Shown here one piece after another: positions 8,961 through 18,010 of a stretch of 64,000 nt of DNA (the first letter of the stretch is position 1; each line of letters begins with the position of its first letter). The notes under the pieces are model-generated. The model was not told where the DNA came from, ran no database searches, and was given only the letters and a program-made list of their open reading frames with translations. This DNA is from Candidatus Micrarchaeota archaeon (GTDB taxonomy: Archaea > Micrarchaeota > Micrarchaeia > Burarchaeales > JAKAKT01). Made by a program: the position numbers and the translations under genes. Where the stretch lies: NCBI GenBank assembly GCA_041305385.1, contig JBFYLO010000030.1, positions 794-64,793 on the forward strand, read 5' to 3'.

Positions 8961-10445
8961 ATGCTATTTGGAAGAGCTAGGAACAGACCGCTGCTTGATG
9001 GAACGAATGTCCCTTTTCTCGATAGGGTTCAGAAGGACTCGTTAGTCAGGAAGCACTGGGAAATACTCGGCCCGGACTCGATTGGGGATAAGGCAGGCAA
9101 TTTGCTGGTAAAAACTCGTTATGCCATTAAATCTGGTTTTACCCCTAACGAGCGGGTTGTTCTGGCGATGGGATTTTTTGAAGAGTATTATTCTAGGAAT
9201 GTTAAAGGAGCGAGTGGCAAGAGGGAACAGATACTCAATGGAGTTTTCTCAACTAGAGAGATGGAAAGCATAGACCAAATTGCCGGAAGATTCAAAGGGA
9301 GAGCAGTTGTGGTTCGCTCTTCTGCGTTTGGAGATGCACTGGGAATTGGAGTCTACGAAAGCAGATTTGTTCTCGACACGAGCCCGGAGGGGATAAGCAA
9401 GGCGATTAAAGAGGTTTTGGCAAGTCAATACACTGACGACGCAGTTGAATACCGGAGAGTGCGGGGCTTGCCCGAGGGAATGGCGGTGATTATAGAGCCG
9501 GTGGTAGCAACTTTAGTGAACGAGGGCCATGCGCCTAATTTTTCTGGGATCGGATTTACGAAACTCCCGAACGGAACAAGCCTGTTGAGAGTTACGGCTG
9601 GACTGGGAACCATGGTGGTTCGCTCGACATATGGAATCAAGATAACGTATAGCAATGACAAACTCGAAATGCCTTGGTTTGTTGGCTTGAAAGATGACTT
9701 TACGAGTCTTCCGGAGGAAACGCTACGGATGCTACATGGAAAGGTTATCGAAGGAGCGGAGGGAACCAGTAGGGTGGAAGTCAATTCCAAAAGCCTGGTA
9801 AAGCGCTTTATATATGAACCACGGAAACTTTTCGCTAAGATGGGAAAATTTGAGGAACTTTGTGGAGTGCCGCAGTATATCGAATGGGCGGGAATTTACA
9901 GACCAACAAATCCCCTTAGTACTGGGGGGATGAAATTTGAAGTCACGCTTTTACAGACCGCTGATGCCAAGAGGGAGGACTTTGTTGAGGTTCCGAAAAA
10001 CCCCAAGAACGTCCTGGCAGAGACCAACTATGTCATGGGAAGCGGGAGAAAGGAATGCCCTGAGTTAGTTGTTGTCAGAACCGAAAACAGCATCCCTGCT
10101 CTCAGGAGATACAACGGGGACCATAAGGGCTACGCAGTTGCGTATGATGGAAAGCTGCACACAGGGGAAAACCCGAAGCTGTCATTCCATGATTTAAGTA
10201 ATGCGTCGGTCGTCATTGATTACGGTTTCGCCCACATAAAGGACCCGGCGAGCCATTGGGAAGGTTTGATGAAGGCGACGAGTAAGATTTTTTTGGTGAC
10301 AGATTTGGATGAGGGGGTCCTAGAAAAACTACGCGAAGAAGGAAAGACGGGAAACATTGGCGAGAACGCGGGTCTTTACGTAGCAAACTTTGTGGTAAGC
10401 GCCTGCATGAGGCAACAAAGAGCAGTAGTTGAAGTCCAGGAGTAA
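8961..10445 (+). CDS. standalone PEP synthase / pyruvate phosphate dikinase N-terminal (ATP-grasp, pyruvate-binding) domain protein
   Basis: VVVRSSAFGDALGIGVYESRF and LASQYTDDAVEYRRVRGLPEGMAVIIEPVV parallel the PpsA/PPDK N-domain blocks (AVRSSA...ED...SFAGQ; ASLFNDRAISYR...MAV). There is no phospho-His or PEP-utilizing C-domain. GC is lower. Confidence 0.5.
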   Translation: MLFGRARNRPLLDGTNVPFLDRVQKDSLVRKHWEILGPDSIGDKAGNLLVKTRYAIKSGFTPNERVVLAMGFFEEYYSRNVKGASGKREQILNGVFSTREMESIDQIAGRFKGRAVVVRSSAFGDALGIGVYESRFVLDTSPEGISKAIKEVLASQYTDDAVEYRRVRGLPEGMAVIIEPVVATLVNEGHAPNFSGIGFTKLPNGTSLLRVTAGLGTMVVRSTYGIKITYSNDKLEMPWFVGLKDDFTSLPEETLRMLHGKVIEGAEGTSRVEVNSKSLVKRFIYEPRKLFAKMGKFEELCGVPQYIEWAGIYRPTNPLSTGGMKFEVTLLQTADAKREDFVEVPKNPKNVLAETNYVMGSGRKECPELVVVRTENSIPALRRYNGDHKGYAVAYDGKLHTGENPKLSFHDLSNASVVIDYGFAHIKDPASHWEGLMKATSKIFLVTDLDEGVLEKLREEGKTGNIGENAGLYVANFVVSACMRQQRAVVEVQE

Positions 10446-10452
10446 GCTGTTT

Positions 10453-11415
10453 CTAGAATGACCCGAGCATGAAGCTCACCAGGTAGGTCTTCGAGATGTA
10501 GAAGAACACAAGGGAGTTTGCGAGAATCAGCGGGGCATAGCGCAGGCCGTTCAGCTCGCCGCCGTGGTGTATCACGCCTATCATGAGGCTAGAGAACAAC
10601 GATGTCATTACTAGCGTCAGCACCGAGATGTTGAATATGAAGTCCTGCGAAATCGGAAGGCTCATGTTGAGCCCTATCTGCTGCGAGAGAAACGAATCAG
10701 GCCCGTGGAGCGCCGACACCATGTCGACAAACTGTATTGAAAGGCTCAGCAGTGCGGGCATCGCTATCACAACTGTGAATAGTATGAAGACGACGTACAT
10801 GTTGGTTCCTGCTATGAGCTCGCGCCTGAGCTCCTGGTTCTCCCTGATGTCCTCGGCGCTGGTCTCGAGAACTTTTGAAACAGAGCCCCCCGACCTGAGG
10901 CTGGAAGCAAACAAGAGCAGCGTCCTGTTTAGCATATCGGACTTTATCCTGGTCGAGATTTCCGAGAGCGCATCAACGAAGGACTCGGTCCCCAGGGACT
11001 TGTTGGCCACGTAGAGTATCTCCTGGTGGAGGGGGCCGAACTCCGGCCTCGTGGCCATTCTCAGCGCCACGATCGGCGTCACGCCGGATTTGATGTTAGA
11101 AGCAGTAAGCTGGAGAAGGTCCGGCAGAGCCCTCTCAGCAGCCATCCTCCTGTCCTCAATGCGGAGATAGAGGAGTGTGTAAAGCATCGAGATTATGAGT
11201 ATGAAAACGAGAGACGCGAGCAGGTGTATGAAATAAACCGGGAAGCTGGAGAATTTTAGAAGCACAACATAAGAGAAGAGCGCAAAACAAATCGCCGTCA
11301 GGAAAACTGCGCCGATCCAGTCCCTCGCGTCCATCTTCATCCCCGCGTGGACGAGCATCTGGCGTATATGCTTCTTCACGCGGGTTGGCGCCAGTTCACC
11401 TAGGTTGGATAACAT
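10453..11415 (-). CDS. TadC/FlaJ-like type IV pilus assembly membrane protein (T2SS-F family)
   Basis: 320-aa polytopic membrane protein, third gene of the ATPase–membrane–membrane module. Paralog of the 42694..43719 product. Confidence 0.6.
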   Translation of the reverse strand: MLSNLGELAPTRVKKHIRQMLVHAGMKMDARDWIGAVFLTAICFALFSYVVLLKFSSFPVYFIHLLASLVFILIISMLYTLLYLRIEDRRMAAERALPDLLQLTASNIKSGVTPIVALRMATRPEFGPLHQEILYVANKSLGTESFVDALSEISTRIKSDMLNRTLLLFASSLRSGGSVSKVLETSAEDIRENQELRRELIAGTNMYVVFILFTVVIAMPALLSLSIQFVDMVSALHGPDSFLSQQIGLNMSLPISQDFIFNISVLTLVMTSLFSSLMIGVIHHGGELNGLRYAPLILANSLVFFYISKTYLVSFMLGSF

Positions 11416-11419
11416 AATC

Positions 11420-12205
11420 TCACATGTAGACCAGGGGTCTGCTCAGCTTCACGTATTTTATTATCACATACTCCGCAAAGAAGCAAATCAGCAGGAGCGC
11501 GAGGAAGACGGGCTCTCTCACTTTCGTAGTCCCGAATGAGGAGAGGATGGTTATCAGTGTGGCGCCCAGGCTCGGGATGGCAACTGCGATGAGCAGGTAA
11601 AGCAGTATCCAGAGATTCATCTCTTGGGTGTAGGCTTTCACCTTGGAGCTCTGGAACTGGCGCAGGTTGTCGACAAGGTTCTTCAGCGTGCCCTGAAGGC
11701 TCGCGCCTGAGCGGAGCGCTATCACTATCTGCCATATCGCCTTTTTCATGAACTCGGACTCCGTGCGGAGCGCGAGCTTTTCGAGCGCCGCATCCTGGGC
11801 CTCGCCCGCATTGATGTCGTCAACGACCCGCTTGAACTCCTGGGAAACGAGGCCGTGCTCGGAATTGGACACGCTCTTGAGCGCCTCGAAAAGAGAGACC
11901 CCCGAACTTATCTGTATCAGCATGTCCTTTATCGCGTAGACGAGGTCCCGGTCAAGGCTCTCGACGCATTTGCGGACAAGGACGTATGGATAGATGACGA
12001 ACACCACCTGGAGGAGGAAAAACGTTACGACTGCTGGAAAGAGCGAGGTTGCGGAAGAAAGTGATGGGTCCCTGATTCGGATTAGAAAGAAGACTAGGGC
12101 TCCCCATAGGAATGCGTTGAGGACGGAGATGATGAAATACTCCCCTTCGTCCAGGTCGCTCTCGAGAATCTTCAGGTAGCGGTCTATCCTGAAGGGCCTG
12201 GCCAA
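11420..12205 (-). CDS. TadB/FlaJ-like type IV pilus assembly membrane protein
   Basis: 261-aa membrane protein with a cytoplasmic helical domain. Paralog of the 43720..44595 product. Confidence 0.55.
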   Translation of the reverse strand: MARPFRIDRYLKILESDLDEGEYFIISVLNAFLWGALVFFLIRIRDPSLSSATSLFPAVVTFFLLQVVFVIYPYVLVRKCVESLDRDLVYAIKDMLIQISSGVSLFEALKSVSNSEHGLVSQEFKRVVDDINAGEAQDAALEKLALRTESEFMKKAIWQIVIALRSGASLQGTLKNLVDNLRQFQSSKVKAYTQEMNLWILLYLLIAVAIPSLGATLITILSSFGTTKVREPVFLALLLICFFAEYVIIKYVKLSRPLVYM

Positions 12206-12292
12206 GGCCTTCCCGGGGCCAAGGAAAAGCTTCGCTATGCTTCTCGAAATTGGCGAGGGGATTATGAACAGCGGTATGCGGATGTGAACACC

Positions 12293-14032
12293 TCAGATGC
12301 CTTCGGGTTTCTTCCCGGCTTTTGCCATCTTCAGGGCTTCCTCCGGGTCTTTGTAGTACAGGGACATGACGTCTCCTACTTGGTCGATGGAACGCACTCC
12401 CGTCTCGAGCATCCACGTGAGAATCTGCTTCTTGTCCTTGAGGTCCTTGTTTATCTCGTCTATGGACATACCTGTGTGGGTGTTGAGCTCCTCTATGACG
12501 CGCATGCTGTCGTTCTCTTTCTGGAACGTATCCTGCCTCGGCCTCCACCGGTAAATCGGGTTGAGCGAAAGCATTTCAACTGAAGAGGAGATGACCTCGC
12601 TGATTTCGTAGGTGCGCCTGAGGCCCTGCCTCCGGTCCCTGTACTGCACGACAATCAGGTGCAGGGACTGGAGCTCGATGTTGGGAAGGTCGAAGGGCGG
12701 GTTGGTAAGCCTGCGGAGCACCTGCGACGCAGTGTCCGCGTGGAGAGTGGAATAGACTGCATGGCCCGTGTGCATGGCCTCGAAAAGCACTTCAGCCTCC
12801 CGCTGCTTCCTCACTTCCCCTACAATCATCCTGTCGGGCCTCATCCTGAGCGATGAGACCATCAAGTCAAGCATGCTGACCGAACCGTGGCCCTCGGGGT
12901 TTGGATTCCTCGTAACAAGAGGCACCCAGTTCCATTTGAGGTATTGGGGAATCGCAAGTTCTCTCGTGTCCTCTATGGTGATGATTCTGTTCGAAGGCGG
13001 AATCATGGCGCACATGGTGTTGAGCGTGCTGGTCTTTCCGCTGGCCGTCCCTCCGACAACCATGACGTTCATCTCGTACTGCATGCAAAGCCAAAGGAAG
13101 GCTGCCATCTCCGTTGACATGGTGTTTATTTTCGGGTCGATGAAATCGATTATCGTCCATGGGTCGCGGGCAAAGCGGCGGATGGTGATTGTATTGCCGC
13201 AGGTTGAAATGGGAAAGAGGGTCGCGTTTACCCTGTCCCCGGTGTCCAGGTAGGCATCGAGAATGGGCGTGAGGATGGTTATGTCCCTGCCGGACTTCCT
13301 GCCTATCTGGGCTGCATAGTTGTAAATGTCGTCCTCGCCTTCAAGCCATAGGTTGGTCTTCAGCCAGCCGAGCTTCTTGTGGTAGACGGAGACCGGCACC
13401 GAAGAGCCGTTTACGGCAATCTCCTCGAGATCGTCATCCGACATCAGGAACTCGATGTCGCCGAGCCCGTACATCGTGTGGAGGAGTACGCCGGCCAGGG
13501 AGTCCGAATCCAACTTCTGGAGGGTTGGAAAGAGAGTCTTGATCTCGCTGATTGCGGCGTTATAGAAGTTGTTCCGCACCACACTCGCCTTTCTCACATC
13601 GACGAATTCGCTGGCCTGGATGGGGACGATCCTTGCGAGCTTGTCGCGGATGTAGGAGAGAACCGCGCGGGTGTATGGGCCGACCGAGGGCATCTTCATA
13701 TCGTAGATTGGCCTGCTCTCCCTCTCCACGTCGAGTATCGAGACCTCTGCGTCTACGAAGTGGGCCTTGAGCGGATATTTCATCAGCTCCTTTCCCTTGT
13801 AGCTGACTCCCTTTCTCGGAATCATCGTCTTCGTGAGCTTGAGCCAAGGCTTGGAGAGCATGTCCACGGGATACGTAATCTCAACGACCCCCCTGGATTG
13901 GAGAACCTTGGCTATCAGCTCTATCTGCTCTGGGGCCGCTTTCAGCTGCTTCGCTATCTCCGTTGCATTGGCAGAATTATTTTTCGCGTGCTCGAGAATC
14001 TCGCAAATATCGTCGGCGATCGTTCTTATCAT
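12293..14032 (-). CDS. type II/IV secretion system ATPase (FlaI/VirB11/TadA-like) for pilus assembly
   Basis: Walker A VVGGTASGKTSTLN, a Walker B-like ITIEDTRE, and the His box EAEVLFEAMHTGHAVYSTLHAD. 579 aa. Confidence 0.8.
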   Translation of the reverse strand: MIRTIADDICEILEHAKNNSANATEIAKQLKAAPEQIELIAKVLQSRGVVEITYPVDMLSKPWLKLTKTMIPRKGVSYKGKELMKYPLKAHFVDAEVSILDVERESRPIYDMKMPSVGPYTRAVLSYIRDKLARIVPIQASEFVDVRKASVVRNNFYNAAISEIKTLFPTLQKLDSDSLAGVLLHTMYGLGDIEFLMSDDDLEEIAVNGSSVPVSVYHKKLGWLKTNLWLEGEDDIYNYAAQIGRKSGRDITILTPILDAYLDTGDRVNATLFPISTCGNTITIRRFARDPWTIIDFIDPKINTMSTEMAAFLWLCMQYEMNVMVVGGTASGKTSTLNTMCAMIPPSNRIITIEDTRELAIPQYLKWNWVPLVTRNPNPEGHGSVSMLDLMVSSLRMRPDRMIVGEVRKQREAEVLFEAMHTGHAVYSTLHADTASQVLRRLTNPPFDLPNIELQSLHLIVVQYRDRRQGLRRTYEISEVISSSVEMLSLNPIYRWRPRQDTFQKENDSMRVIEELNTHTGMSIDEINKDLKDKKQILTWMLETGVRSIDQVGDVMSLYYKDPEEALKMAKAGKKPEGI

Positions 14033-14086
14033 GGATAGGCTTTCTGCCCGTATGAATATAAAGTTTCGGGTGGTCGGATTTGGTTT

Positions 14087-15439
14087 TTAAGGCGCCTTCC
14101 CGCCGACCATTGCTTCCTTTACCCGAATGTGCGGGCCCCCATCGCTCACCGGGACCGACTGCCCGCCCTTCCCGCAGAACCCCGGGCTCCCGAGGAAATC
14201 GTTTGCAACCATGTCGATGCTCTTTAGGGTCTCTACGACATTCCCGCTCAAAAGAACGTCCCGCAACAGTCTCGTCTTCTTTCCTTTCTCAACCAGATAG
14301 CCGTCCTCGGCTGCGAAAACGAAATAGCCTGTAGTGGTGTCCACGCACCCGCCGCTCATCCCCCTTGCGTAAATCCCAATCTTCACTCCCTCGAACAGCT
14401 CCTCGACTCCGCTCTCGCCCCGCGCCATGCACGTGTTGCTCATGCGGACAATTGGGGCGTAGGAGAAAGCCTGGGCCCGCGCATTTCCAGTGGGCTTGGC
14501 GCCGAGCTTCGCGGAAGTTTCTCTGGATTGCAGATAGTTCTTCAGTTTCCCTTTGGAAACGAGCACTGTGCCCGTGGCCTGGACTCCCTCGTCGTCAAAT
14601 GCATAGGAGCCGAAAGCCCCTGGCGTGGTGGGGTTGTCGGTTATGGTAACAAGCGTGGAGCCGATGACCCCTCCGAGTTTTCCTTTCAATATCGAACTTC
14701 CTGCAAGAACCGAATCCGCCTCGCATGCGTGGCCGAGGGCCTCGTGGCAGAGGAGGCCGGTCATTCTTCCATCGATAATGATTGGGTGCTTGCCTAGGGG
14801 GGCCGGAGAGGCTGAAAGAAGCTCAAGGGCGCGCCTCGGGCACTCTTGGGCGAGCGGAAAGCACTGCTTTATTGCCTCATAGCCGGCGGACACCCCAACC
14901 CGCTCTGAAGCCCGCTGCATGATGCCCCTGTCTTTTGCCACTGAAGTGAAAGCCCCATAAACTCTAGAGGCCAACTGCTCGCACTCCGAGCCCGCCGTAT
15001 TGACGAACTTGTCTGTACAGAGCGAATCGAAATAGCGGACCGATGTGCTCGCGACTGCTTTCCCTTCCAGCAGTTTCTGGAGCGAGCGCATGTCGTTCAT
15101 TTTGTTTTCAATGGGAGTGTCCTCAATCTTCTCCTTGGTTTTCGTTCTGAATTTTCCAGACGAGGAAGGCTTCGCTTCCACTCTGGAAGTGCCTTTCGAA
15201 ATTCTTGCCAGCCTGTAGGCCTTCTGGAAAATCTCCTCCATCCGCGAGAGGTCGTCCGTGCTGGCGAAGCCCCAGGAGCCCTTCACGAGCATCCGAACGC
15301 TGAGCCCCTGCGACTCGCCAGATGAGACGCTCGTCTCCTTGTCCCGGAGGCTTATGGAGTTGGAAAGCTCGCGCTCCTCCCTGAACTCGCCGTAATCGAT
15401 TTCGAATTTCCTGAAAAGCGCTAGGGCCTTGTCGAGCAT
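14087..15439 (-). CDS. tldD: TldD family metalloprotease
   Basis: GLLCHEALGHACEADS (the HExxxH-like TldD signature). 450 aa. Confidence 0.7.
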   Translation of the reverse strand: MLDKALALFRKFEIDYGEFREERELSNSISLRDKETSVSSGESQGLSVRMLVKGSWGFASTDDLSRMEEIFQKAYRLARISKGTSRVEAKPSSSGKFRTKTKEKIEDTPIENKMNDMRSLQKLLEGKAVASTSVRYFDSLCTDKFVNTAGSECEQLASRVYGAFTSVAKDRGIMQRASERVGVSAGYEAIKQCFPLAQECPRRALELLSASPAPLGKHPIIIDGRMTGLLCHEALGHACEADSVLAGSSILKGKLGGVIGSTLVTITDNPTTPGAFGSYAFDDEGVQATGTVLVSKGKLKNYLQSRETSAKLGAKPTGNARAQAFSYAPIVRMSNTCMARGESGVEELFEGVKIGIYARGMSGGCVDTTTGYFVFAAEDGYLVEKGKKTRLLRDVLLSGNVVETLKSIDMVANDFLGSPGFCGKGGQSVPVSDGGPHIRVKEAMVGGKAP

Positions 15440-15503
15440 GAAAAGGAATTAGGGGGGAAGGTATTTATAAGAAATGGGAAAGCAACGACCGAGCGCAACA
15501 GGA

Positions 15504-15947
15504 TTATATCGATTCCCGCGCCATGAACGCACCGAAGCACGATATGACTCCGAGGGTTGCGAGCAGCCCGCCTCCTGCAGGCCAGACCGGGGCGATGATG
15601 ACGCTTCCGACGCTGAGACCGAAGGAAAGAACCACTCCGCCGGCTGTGAACGTAGTTATGAGCTTCTCCTTCTCATCGAAAAGGAAGATTGTGGTCTGCT
15701 CGGACTTGAACTGCGGCACCTGCTTCGACTCCTCCTGGAGGTAAACGGAATCTGGCTCAATCTTTGGAGCCGGGAGCGCAATCTCGACCTTCGCCTGGAC
15801 TGGCTGGCTCTTCGGCTCCTGCTCGAGCTTGCCGAGTGCCAGTTTCTTTGATTTTTTCGAAAGTTTCGGAATGCTGAAAGACTTCTTCGCCGGCATAGAT
15901 ACCGCCTCCTGTTGATCGCCTGCTGTTGTGATAATGCCTCCTCTCAT
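15504..15947 (-). CDS. hypothetical protein with a C-terminal hydrophobic segment
   Basis: 147-aa ORF with a Lys-rich N-terminal part and a C-terminal GGVVLSFGLSVGSVIIAPVWPAGGGLLATLGVI block. Preferred over the overlapping plus-strand ORF, which is low-complexity. Confidence 0.35.
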   Translation of the reverse strand: MRGGIITTAGDQQEAVSMPAKKSFSIPKLSKKSKKLALGKLEQEPKSQPVQAKVEIALPAPKIEPDSVYLQEESKQVPQFKSEQTTIFLFDEKEKLITTFTAGGVVLSFGLSVGSVIIAPVWPAGGGLLATLGVISCFGAFMARESI

Positions 15948-15989
15948 TTATATAAGTATGTGGCTTGCCCAAGTTTTTTGAGGGCGGGC

Positions 15990-17021
15990 TCACATCGACT
16001 TCAGGGCCGCTGCCAGCAGCTCTATGGCATTGCCCACGTCTTTTTCGCTGGCAACCCCGACTCCGCTGTGGATGTAGCGCGTGGGCACGCAGACCGATAT
16101 CGAGGGGATTCCCTCGCGCACGTTGAACACGCGGGCTGCATCCGTCGAACCGCCCTCCACCACCTCGAGCTGGTAGGGTATCTTGTGCTTCTTCGCCGTC
16201 TGGACAAGCCAGTCGACCATCTTCCTGTCGGAGAAATTGCCCCTGCCTGCTGCCTCCACTATGCTGATGCACGGGCCTTCGTTGAGCCTTACGATTGCCT
16301 CGTCCTCGGTGCACTCCGGATGGTCTGCGGCAACTGCCGTGTCGACTGCGATGAAGTGCCTCGGGTAATACTTGAAAGCCGAGACTGTCGCCCCCTTCCC
16401 GAAAGTCGAGACCTCCTCCTGGACAGTGCCCACGAAAGCGAATTCCCCCTTCACCCTCTTAGCGACTTCGAGCATCACGTGGCAGCCTATCCGGTTGTCA
16501 AGCGCTTTCCCGGTGAACAGCCCGTTCCCCAGGCGCGTGAAGCTCACGTTGAAGCAGACGGGATTCCCCACCTGGACCCCCATGTCGAGCGCATCGTGCC
16601 TGTCCTTGGCGCCAATGTCGATGAACATCTGCCTGTACTCAATGGGCTTCTTCATGTCCTCGTCCTTGAGCATGTGGGGCGGCTTCGTGCCTATCACTCC
16701 CTCAATCGTCTTCCCGTTCTCGGTCCTCACGAAAACACGCTGGTTCGGGAGAACCCTGTCATCTATACCGCCTATTTTTATGAACCTCAGGAATCCTTTC
16801 TCGTTAATCGATTTCACCATGAGCCCTATCTCGTCCATGTGGGCGCCCAGCATCACCTCGGGCCTCTCGGCCTTCCCCATCTGCCCTATCACGTTCCCCA
16901 TGCGGTCTATGGTGACCTTGTGGCAGGACTTCTTGAGCTCGGATTCCATAATCTTTGAAACGTCTCCTTCAAAGCCTGTAGGGCCGAAAGCATTTGACAG
17001 TTTTTCCATGAGCGGATTCAT
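15990..17021 (-). CDS. M42 family aminopeptidase (TET/FrvX-like)
   Basis: VMLGAHMDEIGLMVK and the overall M42 architecture. 343 aa. Confidence 0.7.
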   Translation of the reverse strand: MNPLMEKLSNAFGPTGFEGDVSKIMESELKKSCHKVTIDRMGNVIGQMGKAERPEVMLGAHMDEIGLMVKSINEKGFLRFIKIGGIDDRVLPNQRVFVRTENGKTIEGVIGTKPPHMLKDEDMKKPIEYRQMFIDIGAKDRHDALDMGVQVGNPVCFNVSFTRLGNGLFTGKALDNRIGCHVMLEVAKRVKGEFAFVGTVQEEVSTFGKGATVSAFKYYPRHFIAVDTAVAADHPECTEDEAIVRLNEGPCISIVEAAGRGNFSDRKMVDWLVQTAKKHKIPYQLEVVEGGSTDAARVFNVREGIPSISVCVPTRYIHSGVGVASEKDVGNAIELLAAALKSM

Positions 17022-17094
17022 GTGGACACCTCAGTTAGGGATTAGGCAGTGCTGTTTAAAAAATATTGGTAAACCGGGATAACGCTGGCTGAGC

Positions 17095-17184
17095 CCGAGG
17101 AGTTGTGGTTTCCTCGGATTCGGCTCGACCAATTTGTGGCTTCGAGCCACAAATGGTCCATTTTTGCCCCGGGGCAAAAATTGG
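17095..17184 (+). other. three consecutive near-perfect hairpins in a 420-bp intergenic region (candidate structured ncRNA or regulatory element)
   Basis: ccgagga..tcctcgg; gaccaatttgtggct/agccacaaatggtc; ccatttttgcccc/ggggcaaaaattgg. Confidence 0.3.
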
Positions 17185-17399
17185 AGCTGCTCGAGGGATC
17201 TAAGCGAGCGTTCGTCCGAGCGAGCCCGATTTGTCGTTTTTCGAGCCGCCTGAGCGATTGTTTGCCCGAGTCCCGAGTCCGCCATAAATTTAGTTGACAT
17301 TACCCTAAACCGGAAAGCTTCATCTCACAGAAACGTTTTTAAATAGCCCCGGAGTAATCCGACATGGCGACCAATGAAGGCATGTCTTGTGAGACTAGC

Positions 17400-17452
17400 C
17401 CGAGAAAAGTTTAAATAGGACAATGCCACAACGTTAAGCATTGTAATAGTTA
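17400..17452 (+). promoter_or_regulatory. pilin promoter: TATA box tttaaata plus an SD-like gaggtgg
   Basis: The TATA box is about 65 bp upstream of the ATG at 17469. A second copy of the motif (gtttttaaatagc) lies 62 bp further upstream at 17336–17346. Confidence 0.4.
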
Positions 17453-17468
17453 AGACGAGGTGGTCTTA

Positions 17469-17966
17469 ATGAATTTTAAGAGAGGACAGGCGGCTATGGA
17501 GTACCTGATGACCTACGGATGGGCCATCTTGGTCATCGTCATCGTGCTCGCAGCGCTGCTATATTTGGGTATCTTCACCCCGATAACTCCGGAGGTTTGC
17601 ATGATGCCCGCAGGTATCAACTGCCAGAAGACGTATTTGTCATCTGCTAACGACAATATAGATGTGACCCTTGTGAACGGGCTGCAGAAGAGCATTGCGG
17701 TCATGGAGATGAAGTGCACCCAGGAGAGCGCCCCGACAGCATTTGACGAGGTTAAGGTCGATGGTACGGACCTCGCAGTCTCGATGGGACAGGCCTTCTC
17801 GCCTGAGACGGCATTGGATTGCTACGACTCAACTGGAGCTGCTGCGACTTTCGATAACGGTGAGCAATACAGCGGGAAGCTGTACATAAGGTACTACTTC
17901 AAGGATGAAGGAAGCGGCTCGCCAAGAACGATTGTTGGAACCATCACTGTGAAGGCACAGGAGTGA
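17469..17966 (+). CDS. pilin with a class III signal peptide (major pilin candidate, MEYLMTYGWA type)
   Basis: MNFKRGQAAMEYLMTYGWAILVIVIVLAALLYLG. Strong promoter and SD, and an oligo-T tract downstream. Confidence 0.7.
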   Translation: MNFKRGQAAMEYLMTYGWAILVIVIVLAALLYLGIFTPITPEVCMMPAGINCQKTYLSSANDNIDVTLVNGLQKSIAVMEMKCTQESAPTAFDEVKVDGTDLAVSMGQAFSPETALDCYDSTGAAATFDNGEQYSGKLYIRYYFKDEGSGSPRTIVGTITVKAQE

Positions 17967-17997
17967 GTTTCTCTTTTTTTCTTTTTTGTTTTTATTC
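17967..17997 (+). terminator. oligo-T tract (archaeal-type terminator) after the first pilin gene
   Basis: tttctctttttttcttttttgtttttatt directly after the stop codon. Confidence 0.45.
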
Positions 17998-18010
17998 CCT
18001 TAATTCTTAG

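Noticed and set aside
12768-13253. Plus-strand ORFs 12768..13253 and 45267..45746 that both begin MCMASKSTSAS
   Set aside because: They are antisense to the two paralogous secretion ATPase genes. Their similarity just mirrors the conserved His-box region of the sense strand, so they are not genes.
10453-14032. Calling the ATPase/membrane loci an archaellum (flaI/flaJ)
   Set aside because: Each locus has two separate TadB/TadC-like membrane proteins rather than a single FlaJ, and I see no FlaH/FlaG/FlaF or archaellin-type genes. A Tad-like / adhesive type IV pilus is the better fit.
13379-14038. 219-aa plus-strand ORF inside the ATPase gene
   Set aside because: Antisense shadow of a well-supported ATPase CDS. 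Its composition is Arg/His/Leu-rich, typical of high-GC antisense frames.
15912-16958. 348-aa plus-strand ORF overlapping the M42 peptidase
   Set aside because: Antisense to a gene with clear M42 motifs. Its sequence is His/Pro/Leu-rich with no domain features.
17103-17297. Small ORFs (64 aa plus, 89 aa minus) in the 420-bp intergenic region
   Set aside because: Low-complexity translations that overlap the hairpin and repeat structures, so a non-coding role is more likely.
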